Below are positions 31,434 through 43,200 of a stretch of 64,000 nt of DNA, piece by piece. This DNA comes from Eledone cirrhosa. Taxonomy: Eukaryota. Location: NCBI GenBank assembly GCA_964016885.1, contig OZ024740.1, positions 310,806,001 through 310,870,000 on the forward strand. Reading direction: 5' to 3'. A program made the position numbers and the translations under genes. The notes under the pieces were generated by a model. The model was not told the DNA's origin. It was given only the letters and a program-made list of their open reading frames with translations, and made no database searches. Position 1 is the first letter of the stretch, and every line of letters starts with the position of its first letter.

Positions 31434-34090
31434 ATTCATTCTCAGCCCCACAGCCCCACACTCATCGACACAGTCTCAACCTCCCGCATCAAATCCTCTG
31501 CCTCCTTCACTGTATTTGTCACCAAAACTATGTCGTCGGCAAATTCAGCATCCGATACCTTTTTCGCCCCAACTCTCCTGCTCTGAGCCGGTGCTACAGT
31601 AAAGCCAGAGTCCTGGTGTTTCTCCAGTGCAAGGCGCATACAATAGTCCACTACGATGATAAAAAGGTCGGGATCCAATGTATCTCCCTGGAGCACTCCA
31701 GCCAGTATCTCAAAGAACTCTGTCATCCCATCAGGTGTAATGACTTGGGCTTTGGTGTTGGTGTAGAGCAGTGATATCAGGTCCACTATCCTCTTGGGGA
31801 TTCCATAAGCCTGTAAGATCTTCATCAGGCAGTAACGGTCCACAGAATCAAAGGCCTTCCTAAAGTCAATGAAAACCATGACCGCAGGAAGGCACTTTTC
31901 TCTAGCTCCCTCTAATATCCTCCTCAGTATCAGGATGTGACTGGTGGTTGATCTACCCTCTCTGAAGCCGTTCTGGTTGTCCCTGAGCTTCTTCTCCATC
32001 TCAGGCTGGATCCTGTTAAGAATCATCCTGTTGGGGGTCTTTGCCACAAGTGACGTCAGTGAGATCCCCCGGTAGTTGTTGGTGTTAGAGAGATCTCCCT
32101 TCTTTGGCACTGGGACGATGTTACTGATCCTCCACTGATTCGGGGCAACTCCTTTCTCCAGTGCCCCGTTACAGAACCCCAGGATGATATCATCAAAATC
32201 ACACCTCTTCATCACCTCTGATGCCACTCCATCTTCTCCATGAGCCTTGCCCTCCTTGATCTTCTTCTTGGCTCTCTGAAGCTCCTCTCTGGTGAAGGGC
32301 TCTGTCTCAACATCCAGTTCCTCAAACAGCCGCCTGATCTCCCCAGTGCTCTGGGCTGTGGAGGGTGGCTCTCCTAGTAGGGTCCTAAAATGGTCTAGCC
32401 ATTTCCTCTTCCTATCCTCGGGCCCCGTTCCCTGGATCTGACTCGAACACCTTTTCTTCCTCCCTGTGATCTCGTTGATGATCATCCAGCTCTCCTTACA
32501 TCCAGATCTGTCAACCGCTCTCTCCACACTTCTGATCTTCTCTATCAGTGCCTATCTCTGACCTCAGTGTAAGCGGTACAGAGCTCTTCCCTCATCACCT
32601 CCACAGTCTCCATCCTCTCCTCCGTAGGATCAGCATAGAATTGGTCCCTGGCAGCTTTCAGGTGTTTCCTGGCTGCACACACTTTTGGGTTTGCAGAGCT
32701 GACGTGCTTCCCTTTGTTCTTTTTCCTCGGCACCAGGGTTTCACTTGCTTTCGCCACTGCATTGGTGAAGTGCCCGTACCTCCTCGTCACACTCTCAGTC
32801 CATCCAATCTCTCTCTCCTCTGACTCTACACACAGAGCACTAAACCTGTTTCTCACTTCCACTGTGAACCTCTCCTGTAGCTTATCATCTTCCTTGAAAG
32901 CTCCCCAGTCATAGATTGTTCACCAGGGCTGAGCCTTGCTCTTTCTTAAGCTCACGCGGACCTCACTCATAACAAGCCGGTGGTCACTACCCAGTGTACT
33001 GAAATAGCTGTATGGTTCCGTGTTCAGAACACTATTCCGCCACTTTTTCCTCACCAGAATGAAATCAATCTGGGACTTGGACAGGTGCATATCTGAGATG
33101 TAGGTCCACATCTTCCCCAGATTCTTCCTAAACCTTAGGTTGGTCGCCATCAAGTTCGCCTCCAGCAGGGTGTCTCTCAGTAGTCTTCCATTTCGGTTGG
33201 TGTTGTTATGGAAGTACCAGCAAGGATCTTCACTGCCCTCCTTACTCAGATGTGCATTGAAGTCCCCCAAAACAAGCAGGATATTGTGTGCCTGAGTGGT
33301 GTTGACAGCTCTACACACCTCCTCATGGAACTCCTCCGCATTCACATCACTGTCCCCCTCGGTTGGACTATAGGCTGAGATGACTGTCAGTCTTGGGTTT
33401 CCATTGAAGGTCACCCTCAACACTTGCGGGGAGATAGGCATTATTTCCCTCACCAACAGATTGGTTTTTGCACTGAACACAAAACCCACTCCTCCCACTG
33501 CAGCATTTGTTGTGTTCTTCACTGCCGATGTAGTGATGAGCTGGCTCTTCCTCCCGATCATCACACTCCTCACGGGCTCATCGTGTAGAATCCTGTGTTC
33601 TTGGATCGCAAGTATCTGTATACCACTCTCCTCGAACAGATGTCCCAACTCCTCTCTCTTCTCCAGCGTTCGAATAGTCCTCACATTCAAAGTGCCCATT
33701 TTGATAGCTCTTCTGCAGGACAAAACTGCATTCTTTATATTTGTCTCAGAGACAGCTGATCCATCATCCACTGGCCCTCTATGTGGCTCTAAACCAGCAG
33801 AGTCATAACGACCAGGCTGCTCCTTGACAGTGTAATTGGGGGCTCTAACCCTAGTGCTGTTAGATCGATTCTCCATGTTTCTTTTCAATGGCTGACAATA
33901 CCTTACCGGCGCCACTCGAATAAGGTAGTTATTTAACCCATAAATGGAGCCTTAACAGGTACTACCACCCCGGGCCAGGGCAGACCTGGGAGTCATGACA
34001 ACTAAGGGGTAACTCCACATTCCCCACATCTCCTGAACTCCCGAACTGGAGCCCTGCCACTGGATGTAGTTTAATGTCATACCCAGGACA
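31434..34090 (-). mobile_element. RTE-type LINE 5' part (5'UTR, AP endonuclease, RT to just past FADD), inverted
   Basis: GTLNVRT..ILAIQEHR..SAYSPT..LGDFNA..SQIDFIL..SDH; VPKKGDL..NYRGISL; QNGFR; FIDFRKAFDS; GVLQGD; FADD. Confidence 0.92.
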
Positions 34091-34758
34091 TTGAGACTAA
34101 AATGAGACTAAAACAAAATATCTGGTAGAGAATGTTGAGAAGCCAGAGGGGATCACTAATGTAGGCGGGAAGCCGCTGGAATTGGTTGAGGACTTCCTGT
34201 ATTTGGGAGCAAAGATTGGGAATACGGAGGATGATGTGGTTGAGAGGAAGAGCAAGGCCTGGGCGGCGTGCCACAGCTTGAGATCGGTGTGGAAGTCGGA
34301 CCTTCGTAGAGACCTGAAAATCCGCCTTTTCATTGCTGTAGTGGAGTCTGTGCTGCTGTATGGGTCTGAGACTTGGACACTGACTAAGAAACTCACTCAG
34401 ATGGTGGATGGGTGCTACACGAGAATGCTGAGGATGGCTCTGAACATTAATCAGTATACACTGAGGATGAAAAACTCAGAGCTGTATGGGAGCATCCCAA
34501 AAGTCAGCTCAAAAGTGACACAGAGGAGACTGAGGTTGGCTGGACATGCTCACCGACATCCAGAGTTGACATTGCACTCAGTGCTCCTTTGGGAGCCCCT
34601 ACATGGACACACTAGAAGAGGAAGACCAAGGTTAACATATGTTGATGCCCTAAGGACAGACACTGGTCTGTTGGAGATGCAGGATATGGCAGCGATAATG
34701 AGGGACAGAGACCGCTGGAGAGAACTCGTCCATGGATCTCGGGAATTTTACCCGCCTT

Positions 34759-34760
<2 letters not shown>
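34090..34760 (+). mobile_element. RTE-type LINE 3' part (RT C-terminus) of the same element
   Basis: KTKYL..VEDFLYLG..ESVLLYGSETWTLT..RRLRLAGH..RGRPRLTYVD..DRDRWR; ends at (TA)n. Confidence 0.92.
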
Positions 34761-34811
<51 letters not shown>

Positions 34812-34814
<3 letters not shown>

Positions 34815-35183
34815 GATATTAAATAAATGGAAACTATATTTATAAAACCATATTTATTTCATTATATATATTTCAGGGATATCATATTAAAAATATGTTA
34901 TGCCTTCCTCAGACAAAATACAATATAAACAGTCTTATAAATAGATAGATTCGACATACCTTTCAACATCGACTTCAATTTGAAAAGTTGAATTGGTACC
35001 AATTCAACTTTTCAAATTGAAGTCGATGTTGAAAGGTATGTCGAATCTATCTATTTATAAGACTGTTTATATTGTATTTTGTCTGAGGAAGGCATAACAT
35101 ATTTTTAATATGATATCCCTGAAATATATATAATGAAATAAATATGGTTTTATAAATATAGTTTCCATTTATTTAATATCGTA
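34812..35183. repeat. 372-bp spacerless palindrome, with tail to ~35270
   Basis: Centre ggt|acc at 34997/34998; arms appear identical by eye; tail contains gttgagtgctt (35202). Confidence 0.92.
35075..35140 (+). ncRNA. Type I hammerhead ribozyme motif
   Basis: tattttgt-CTGAGGA-aggcataacatatt ttt aatatgatatccct-GAAA-tatata-TA-atgaaata; 8-bp stem I; mirror copy at 34855-34920 (-). Confidence 0.82.
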
Positions 35184-35291
35184 AATATACTCCAAATACT
35201 TGTTGAGTGCTTTTATATCAGTTATAAATATTTACTCGTTGTCAACCCAACAATTTAAATAAAACTTTGCATATATATATATATATATATT

Positions 35292-35334
35292 TATTTACAG
35301 GGAATAACGAGGGCCTATGCCTCCGTTAATTTAT

Positions 35335-35404
<70 letters not shown>

Positions 35405-35444
35405 TTACAGGGAATAACGAGGGCCTATGCCTCCGTTAATTTAT

Positions 35445-35450
<6 letters not shown>
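35292..35450. repeat. ~50-bp unit repeated between TA arrays
   Basis: ttatttacagg.aataacga.ggcctatgcctccgttaatttatcgtgat at ~35292, ~35401 and ~31374. Confidence 0.9.
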
Positions 35451-35500
<50 letters not shown>

Positions 35501-35723
35501 GTAAGTATGTATGTATGTATACGTACATACATATATGTATACAGACGTAGAGTAGTATGTATATATATACATACATGCACACATATATATATGCACGTAT
35601 CGGTTTACCGAACATTTATTATAATGCTCGGTTTTCTTGCTTGTAAACAAACAAACAGACCGAATTACGCCGTACAGTGTTTAGGCAACCACGTCACCTT
35701 TTTGTTCAACACCGACACAGGAA

Positions 35724-35764
35724 CGATGTACTAGTTTCAAGCTTATTAGCTATCGTCAGCATCG
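35724..35764 (-). ncRNA. Minimal PLE-type hammerhead ribozyme motif
   Basis: Minus strand: cgatg-CTGACGA-tagct aata agctt-GAAA-CTAG-TA-catcg; 5-bp stem I, palindromic stem III; defective copy at 30355-30392, 3' half at 30581. Confidence 0.82.
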
Positions 35765-36312
35765 TATACCTTCCTGCCAGATGGTTGAGCGTCTGAAAGT
35801 ATATACTTTCTTTATGCATATTACTTTCCTTATGCATCTTAACGCCCTATAAACAATTGTAATATGTCCAATAAATTCCTTTCGTCGCAACACTGATTCT
35901 CTTTTTTCTGTGATATCATACTCTGCTCTACGAGGGCATCGAGTGCTCATACGGCCTACCGCATACGGACGCTTTAAGCATCCAACACCAATTATATATA
36001 TATATATATATATATACTATATTAGTGTTAATGTCTCTTTCTTTCTCTCTCTCTCTCCCTCACTCTCTCTCTTTCTCTCTGTATATATATATATATATTA
36101 ATTTATTAAAATAACAGATTAAAGTTTAAGCAAAGAATTGCTGCTTTACCCTTAACGGGATATTCTGAAACTAACAAAGTCAATCTGTGAACGCAGAAGT
36201 GAATATTTCAAAAAACGTTGCAACCGGAGGATGACAGGAAGACGATACTTTGGTTCGTGGAAACGTTCCCTGGCAAAGAACGGGAAAAAACGAATATAAT
36301 ATGTCATTATTT

Positions 36313-36792
36313 GGAGCGGTGGATTGGCAGTATTGGGAGAGGGTCGAACGCCATGCTTTGACGTATAGAGTTACGGCCCTTGCTATTCTGAGTTCAAATC
36401 CCGCCGAGGTTAACTTTCCTTTTCATCCTTACGGGGTCGATAAAATAAACTACCAATAATGCACTGGGTAATTGCTGGCCTTGTGCCTAACGTAGAAACA
36501 ATTACTTGGAGCGGTGAAAAACAATTACACGCAAAGACAAAACCACGTTATTTTTAACTCTGGATTTTAGTCTTCAAATTTATTATTATTACTATATATA
36601 TATAGGTGGTGGATTGGCAGTATTGGTAGAGGGTCGGACGCCATGCTTTCCAGCATAGTTATGTCCCTTTATGATCTGAGTTCAAATCCCGCCGAGGTTG
36701 ACTTTGCCTTTCATCCTTACGGGGTCGATAAAATAAAATACCAGTAATGCACTGGGTAATTGCTGGCCTTGTGCCTAAAGTAGAAACAATTA
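36313..36792 (+). mobile_element. Two SINE family A copies
   Basis: ggtggattggcagtattgg..gagttcaaatcccgccgagg..gtagaaacaatt at 36313-36505 and 36604-36792. Confidence 0.88.
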
Positions 36793-38329
36793 CTATATAT
36801 ATATATATATAGAGAGAGAGAGTGAGAGAGAGAGAGAGAGAGGGGGGTTTAAAAGAGAGAGAGAGATAGAAAAAGGGTGAGAGATAAGTAAAATGCCGAC
36901 CGCGGCGCAAAGCCGCTTCAGCTAAAACCACTTGGCGCCGCGGTCGGGATTTTTCCTATCTCTACATAAACTCTGCATTTCCCAATGCATTGAGTACTCT
37001 CATAATTAGTGGATTCTTCTGTCTCAGCAAGGCAGAATCTTTCACTCCCTCCCTCTCTCTCTCTCTCTCTCTCTCGTTTTGTTATTTCTGTGTTCCTTTT
37101 ACATATACATACATCTGTGTGTATGTGCGTGTGTGTGATTAGAACTGTTTCATTCGAATGAAACATTTCTAGTCTTATAGAGGCCATTTCTATATTCATT
37201 TTCGTTGTTTTCACTCTACTAATGTCTTGTGTACCTTATTTACTGTGGTTACCTCCGATTTCACTCGGGATCCACACACACACGTGTGTGTCTGTTTGTG
37301 TATACATAAATACTTTTCCTGATATAAATAAGTAATTCCAGCTTGTATACTTCATAAGTTGATATGTTTCTATGAAGTTAATTCGTATTGAACTTTTGTT
37401 TTGTCTCGTCTTCAAACGTCCATATAGAGCACAAATCAAAACATAGTAGAAATCAATTGATCTGAAACTAAGAAGCAAACATCCTGTACGAATCCATGCC
37501 AAAATAGATATAAACCCCACATTGTAGACTGAATGACTTAGCTTGAGGAACTTTCAACTTACAAAAATCTATATCGCTTCTACATACAATCTTATAGGTG
37601 GATTTTCTTTCTAATTGATTCAGAACCTATAATCTACCTTACAGCGATTTCAAGTATTATAAATAGCTTTCTTTAAGTTGTGTTTTATTTTTCATAGAAA
37701 ATTCTAGTTTACATCTTTCTTTCGAAATGAGATTTCACGAATGAAGTATTTCTACAGTTGAAACAATATTAAAGTTTGATGCGAATTATAATTTTATGTG
37801 TTCATGCCAGTTGCAAAGTTATGTTTACCAACGAGAAATTGGACATAAAAAGAAATAAAAGACAAATCTTTAAAACTTTTTTGGCATCTAAACGATTGCA
37901 CAATATAAAGTAAAGACATTTTGCAATTATTTTCAAGCAAGGTATTAGAATTTCCTGGCAAACTAAGAGTGATCTTGTTTCGACTACCGGTTAAAATTGA
38001 TTCATGTTACTACGTGGGATGTTGTTCATGTTGAAAATATAAATTAACTTCAAATAATGTCGATCTCGCTTGGAGTATTGTGGTATAGGGCGTCGCAAAA
38101 AGTATTGATGGATTTCCTTTGTTAATGAACTTTAAATCTAACTTATGGAGTTTGATATGTTTTATCAGGAAATTTACTTTCATCTTCACATATTTGTCTT
38201 ATGTGTAAGCGTTTATTTCAAAACATTTATCTGATTAAGCAAACGGGTATTTAATTTGGTGGCATTTACAGGCAATAATTTAAAATAAAGGGTTAGGCAT
38301 CATCTTCACAGTACAGCATGTTTCACATA

Positions 38330-38880
38330 ATGACCTGTTCACGAGGCATGGAAGGCAGGAGGCTGAATTAAGTTCAAGAATTGCAAGAGCGGGTGCAGAA
38401 ATGCGCCAGCTTCAACATTCGGTAATTAGGAAAAGGGAGGTTGGTGTAAAGGCCAAGCTCGCTATCTTCAATTCAAATTTGTGTCAACCCTTAGCTGTCG
38501 TCATGAATCTTGGGTAATGACTGAAATAATACAATCACGAATACAAGCAGCCGAAATGGGGTTTGTCCAAAGGGTCTTTAGAGTAATGTTATTCGAAAAA
38601 GTGCGTAGTTCGGAGATCAGAAGTCACTCAAGGTAGAGTCACTACTTCTCCGAAGTGAGAGAACACAACTCTGATACTATGGGCATATAGTTAGAATGTC
38701 TCAGGAAAACATCACTGGACAGATTTTGCTGGAGAGACAGGCATAGACTGTGAGCTAGATGAATAACATCCATGAGCTTGGTTGGCCTCGCTTGGGGATC
38801 CAACCGGATCAGTTGGAGACGGTTACTTTTGACATGACTCGCTGCAAGGAGTGTTTGAGGACTCTGCCTCAACGATCCTC
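38330..38880 (+). pseudogene. Decayed RTE-clade RT C-terminal fragment
   Basis: Translates by eye to KAKLAIFNS..HESWVMTE..SRIQAAEMGF..VRSSEIR. Confidence 0.65.
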
Positions 38881-38934
38881 TCAGAAATAAGTGCGCGATT
38901 AATAATAATAATAATAATAATAATAATTTGTAAT

Positions 38935-39115
38935 AAGAATTATTCTATCAAGCCCGCCACGCTATTTGGAACGCTTCAAAAAGCATGCTTGCTGGAACAG
39001 CAAGAACCCTCCGATACGTCCTGAATATCTGAAGCTGCAGGTAGTGGCTTGATATTCATTTCAACAAACTTTCCAGTTAACTAACATCAATGACTGAGAC
39101 TCAAAGAACAATAAC

Positions 39116-39187
<72 letters not shown>

Positions 39188-39325
39188 CGGGGGAATGTGA
39201 TAAGAGAACTTGATCAAGAGGAAACTTACAAATATCTAGGTGTTTGTGAAGGAGACGGATTCAAGCACTCGACAATGAGGGAAAGGGTAAGGAAGGAATG
39301 TTACCGCAGATTAAGAGCAATGTTC
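38935..39325 (+). mobile_element. R4/Dong-like LINE fragments embedded in (TAA)n
   Basis: LQKACLL..ARTLRYVLNI* 3' end followed by (TAA)n; IRELDQEETYKYLGV..VRKECYRRLR. Confidence 0.7.
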
Positions 39326-39569
39326 GCATGTAACATGCACTTCTCGAAAGGACAAATATTTCCGTCTTTGCAGCATTGATTTTCATATCATTTCATACCA
39401 TTTCCACCCGGAAGGCTTATGTCAATTTATGCGAGTACTATTACATCCTAATTAATGGTAGTCCCTTAACAAACTGAGGACCATGAGACGTAGTGGAGAC
39501 TATTCAGCTCGATGGTTTCTACAGCTGATAAATAATGTTGGTAGAGGTAATCCCTGACTAACTCTTGTA

Positions 39570-40060
39570 TGCTGGTTGGCCTGCATCTACGGAAATACAC
39601 CAAAGCAATGCCAAACCGGAGTGATAAATCCAATTTTAAAAAGGGAGCCAAGATAGATTGCTCTAATTATAGAAGGAACCCTTGTTAAGCTTCACCGGTA
39701 AAGTGCACTCTAAATGTCTAGCAAAGAGATGTAGGGATATAGTCGAGCCCAAGTTAGCTGACGAACAGGCTGGTTTTGGCCCCGGACAGAGCAAAGCCGA
39801 CCAAATATTCACACTACTGCAGGTATTCGAGAAATTGTGGGAGAATTCCCTTGACCAGTAGGCCTGTTTTGTGGCTTTCAAAACGGCATGCAACCACGTC
39901 CTATGAGACTTGTTGTGGAAGACTCTATATGGAGTCGGTTAGCCTCTTGTTCCCTTCAACTCCCTATAAGAATGCCGTAGTATTTGTCTCCGGACTAATT
40001 CTGCCAGTCGAAACATTTTAAAGTGAGTGTCGGGCCACACTGGGGCTGCGAATTCTACAG
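39570..40060 (+). pseudogene. Decayed RTE-clade RT fragment
   Basis: PI.KKG..DCSNYR; VEPKLADEQAGF; DQIF; FEKLWE, with frameshifts. Confidence 0.7.
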
Positions 40061-40237
40061 ATTGTTCCTTCAATTAACTGTGTGTAGCCAATCTCCGATA
40101 TGCTTCCCATTTCGATGCATTTTAATGTAATACTTGGTAAATTAAATATCATTCATATATCCTCGAATTTCAAGATATCTGAACACGGGTGTTATTAGTC
40201 TGTTATATGAAACAATATCATTATTATTATTATTATT

Positions 40238-43200
40238 GGCGTCCTACGTAGGAAATTGTATCAACTGAGCTCCGCAAAGGTTTGTTGTTTTCAGTTGTTT
40301 CAAATTGCCATTTATGGAAAGATTTTGTTGTTAAGTGTTTATAAGGTCACATAATTTGCTTTCGGAAAAGGACACTCAAAATGATTGGGGCCTTGAGCCC
40401 AAAATTTAAACTTTTATAATTATCAAACAAAACATTTCTTTGAAAAAATCATGGACGACTCACGGCTGCACCAAGCAGCTGAGAGTCTTCCTCACAAACT
40501 AACACCTCACACCAACACGACCATTGTAAATATTACTACGTTTGCCAACACTAAAAATATAAACAGTAGCAATAATTTAAATTTGTCTCATGCAGACATT
40601 CATTTCCCGCCATTACCAATGACTGCAGGTGTTGAAGCTGCCACCCCACCACCACCACCACAGCGACAACAGAAACAAAAAAAATTATCTCGTGACATCA
40701 AAATGGATTCACCCAGAATCGACTCTTCCACACCGAACACCACTGACGCCACCACCACCACAACTAAAGCTAAAAATAACAATAACATAAATAACTATAA
40801 CAACAACAGCAACAACAACAATGAGAATAACAACAAAAACATCAACACCACCGTGTCATTTGCCAAAGCAGGCAAAAAATGCGAAGCAATCCAGGTAACT
40901 CAGGAGGAATTAGATGAAGCCAAAAGAATGGTAAAGAAAGATGGGTACAGGGTCAGCCTCACCCCCACCCCCACCTAATAAAATGAAGCATCGGCGCCTA
41001 TGCACCGTGTCTTATCGGACTATTAAAATAAATTCGCGCCGAGTGGAACGGGCATCCGAGACCCAAATCCAAAAAGCTTTGGGACATGTGTGGGCGAAAA
41101 TAAACCACATCAGACGTGGGCAGAAATATGGAACCGTTGACGTGTTCTTTGGAACACCACAGGAGGCCAGAGTGCACTCCATGGCCCCATTAATAAGCGA
41201 TGACTTCACACTCGTCCCAAGCTATTGTGGACAGAGACTCGTGAAGATCAGGGTGACCGACGTTCCTCCGGCCATCGAAATTCCCTGGCTAATGGCTGCC
41301 GTCCTCGCCGGCATCGAAGCCAACACCAAGATAATCTAAATAGCAAAAGAAAAGCAGGAGAACTGGTCCGGATCTGGGATGGAGCTCCTGATTCAAGCGG
41401 ACCAAAAAACCATTGAGGAGATCCCAGAGGTAATAGACCTCACTGACGGCAGCCACCTCACCGTAATCGTCGAGGGTAGAAGGCCTAGGTGTGTCGTTTG
41501 TGGTGAAGGAACCCACCTAAGGGCTTTCTGCCCTCAGACTAAAAAGTTGAGGCCACCTCTCTTACCCACCCCAGTGACTCAACCATCAACACCACCAGCA
41601 GCAGAAATGGCAGCAACAACTGTAGCAGCATCAACAGAAGCAACTGTAGCAGCAACAACCCCAGCAACAGTAGCAAAACCAACACCAGCGCCACCCAACG
41701 CGCCAGAACTAGCACCAGCGTCTACACCATCCATCACGCTACAACCAAAACCAACGCCTGTGGAGGATTTTCCACTCCCCAACCTATCGCAACTGGAGTC
41801 AGATTGTGACGACGAGGAGTGGGAAACGGTATCAGGAAAAAAGAAAAAAAGAAAAAGAACCCAAAAAAGAAAATATCCTCTTCCTTCCACCTCCAAAAAC
41901 AAAATACAGGGGGAAACAAATAAACTATCAAACAAAAAAGTTAGGACAGATATGCCACCATCCACACCAGCATCACATAACCTCATCACCACAAACACCA
42001 ACACCATCACCATCATTAACCCTAACACCACCTTCACCAACACCACAAAAGTCACCAAAAAGCGAAACAGAAACAAACCCACAACAAACGCAAACAAAAC
42101 AAAACAACCAAAATGATACACACTACACAGCATTAAATTTGAACAACAACCAATTATTACACTACATCCAACACAACACCAGCATCACAGAAAAAGACTA
42201 CACAACAACCCAAAAGTTCACACGACCTCCACACATACAAATCACTCGCATCACACAGAAAACGTACACGACACTAAAACAAAAATTCCCCAAAGACATC
42301 GGAGACTTCCGACAAGCACTCTCCAGGAGGATTTTTAAGGACATCCTTCCGGAGGAGGCCACAAGCAGTGAAAAGGATGGACAAACCATCCTTCCTTTAC
42401 GAGAAGTAAGGTAAGTGGTCTTCCCATCTTTTCCACTCCATTTCAACATGACCTCACTCAGAATAGGCAACATAAATGCGCGTGGCTTGGGGTCGTCATG
42501 GAAGCAGGGCCACCTGCTCAACGACCTCAGGTCACTAAACATAGATGTAGTGGCCATCAGCGAGACCAGAATCTCCGAAGCACGGGACTTCGCACCGATC
42601 CTCGGCGGCTCCGATGTGTACGCATCTCCTAGCCGTCCTGGATCGGGAGGGAGGAGTTGCTGTGCTTTTTCGGAGAGGTTTGGATGTCGCCATACGGGAC
42701 TTCTTCCTGGACCCAGAAGGTAAGTTGGTGGTGCTGGACGTGACCGGCGGAGACGGGCAAGCTTTCAAGCTAGTGGCCGTCTATGCCCCGACAGGAGCAG
42801 GGCGGCCTGATTTCTTCCAGCGTCTGGAGACCTTTCTTGGAACGTCCCGCTCTTTAGTGTTAGTGGGCGACTGGAACGGGATCTTAGATGCACGCTGGGA
42901 CTGTGTGGGATTAGCGGATAGGGGAGGAGGGTTCAAGAGCCTCACCAACCTGCTCAGGCGTTTTGAACTGTCAGACAGGTACCGATTTGATTTCCCGAAT
43001 GTGCCAATGTGGACTTGGAAAAATCGCATAGGGTCATCCAGATCACACCTAGATAGAGTATTTTGTAGGGAAATAGATAGGTCTAGCATAGGCTGTCCAC
43101 AATTCAAGATAGTCAGCTACACGGACCACAAATTCGTGATCTGTGTACTTGACTTAGATAGGCTTCATAGACGAGGACCCGGCTACTGGAAGCTAAACGC

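Noticed and set aside
33380-33808. Plus-strand ORF and other antisense ORFs over LINEs (e.g. 41579-42133, 42781-43107)
   Set aside because: Shadow frames of TE coding sequence
35292-35450. Repeat-spacer pattern superficially like CRISPR
   Set aside because: Spacers are (TA)n, the context is eukaryotic and there are no cas genes
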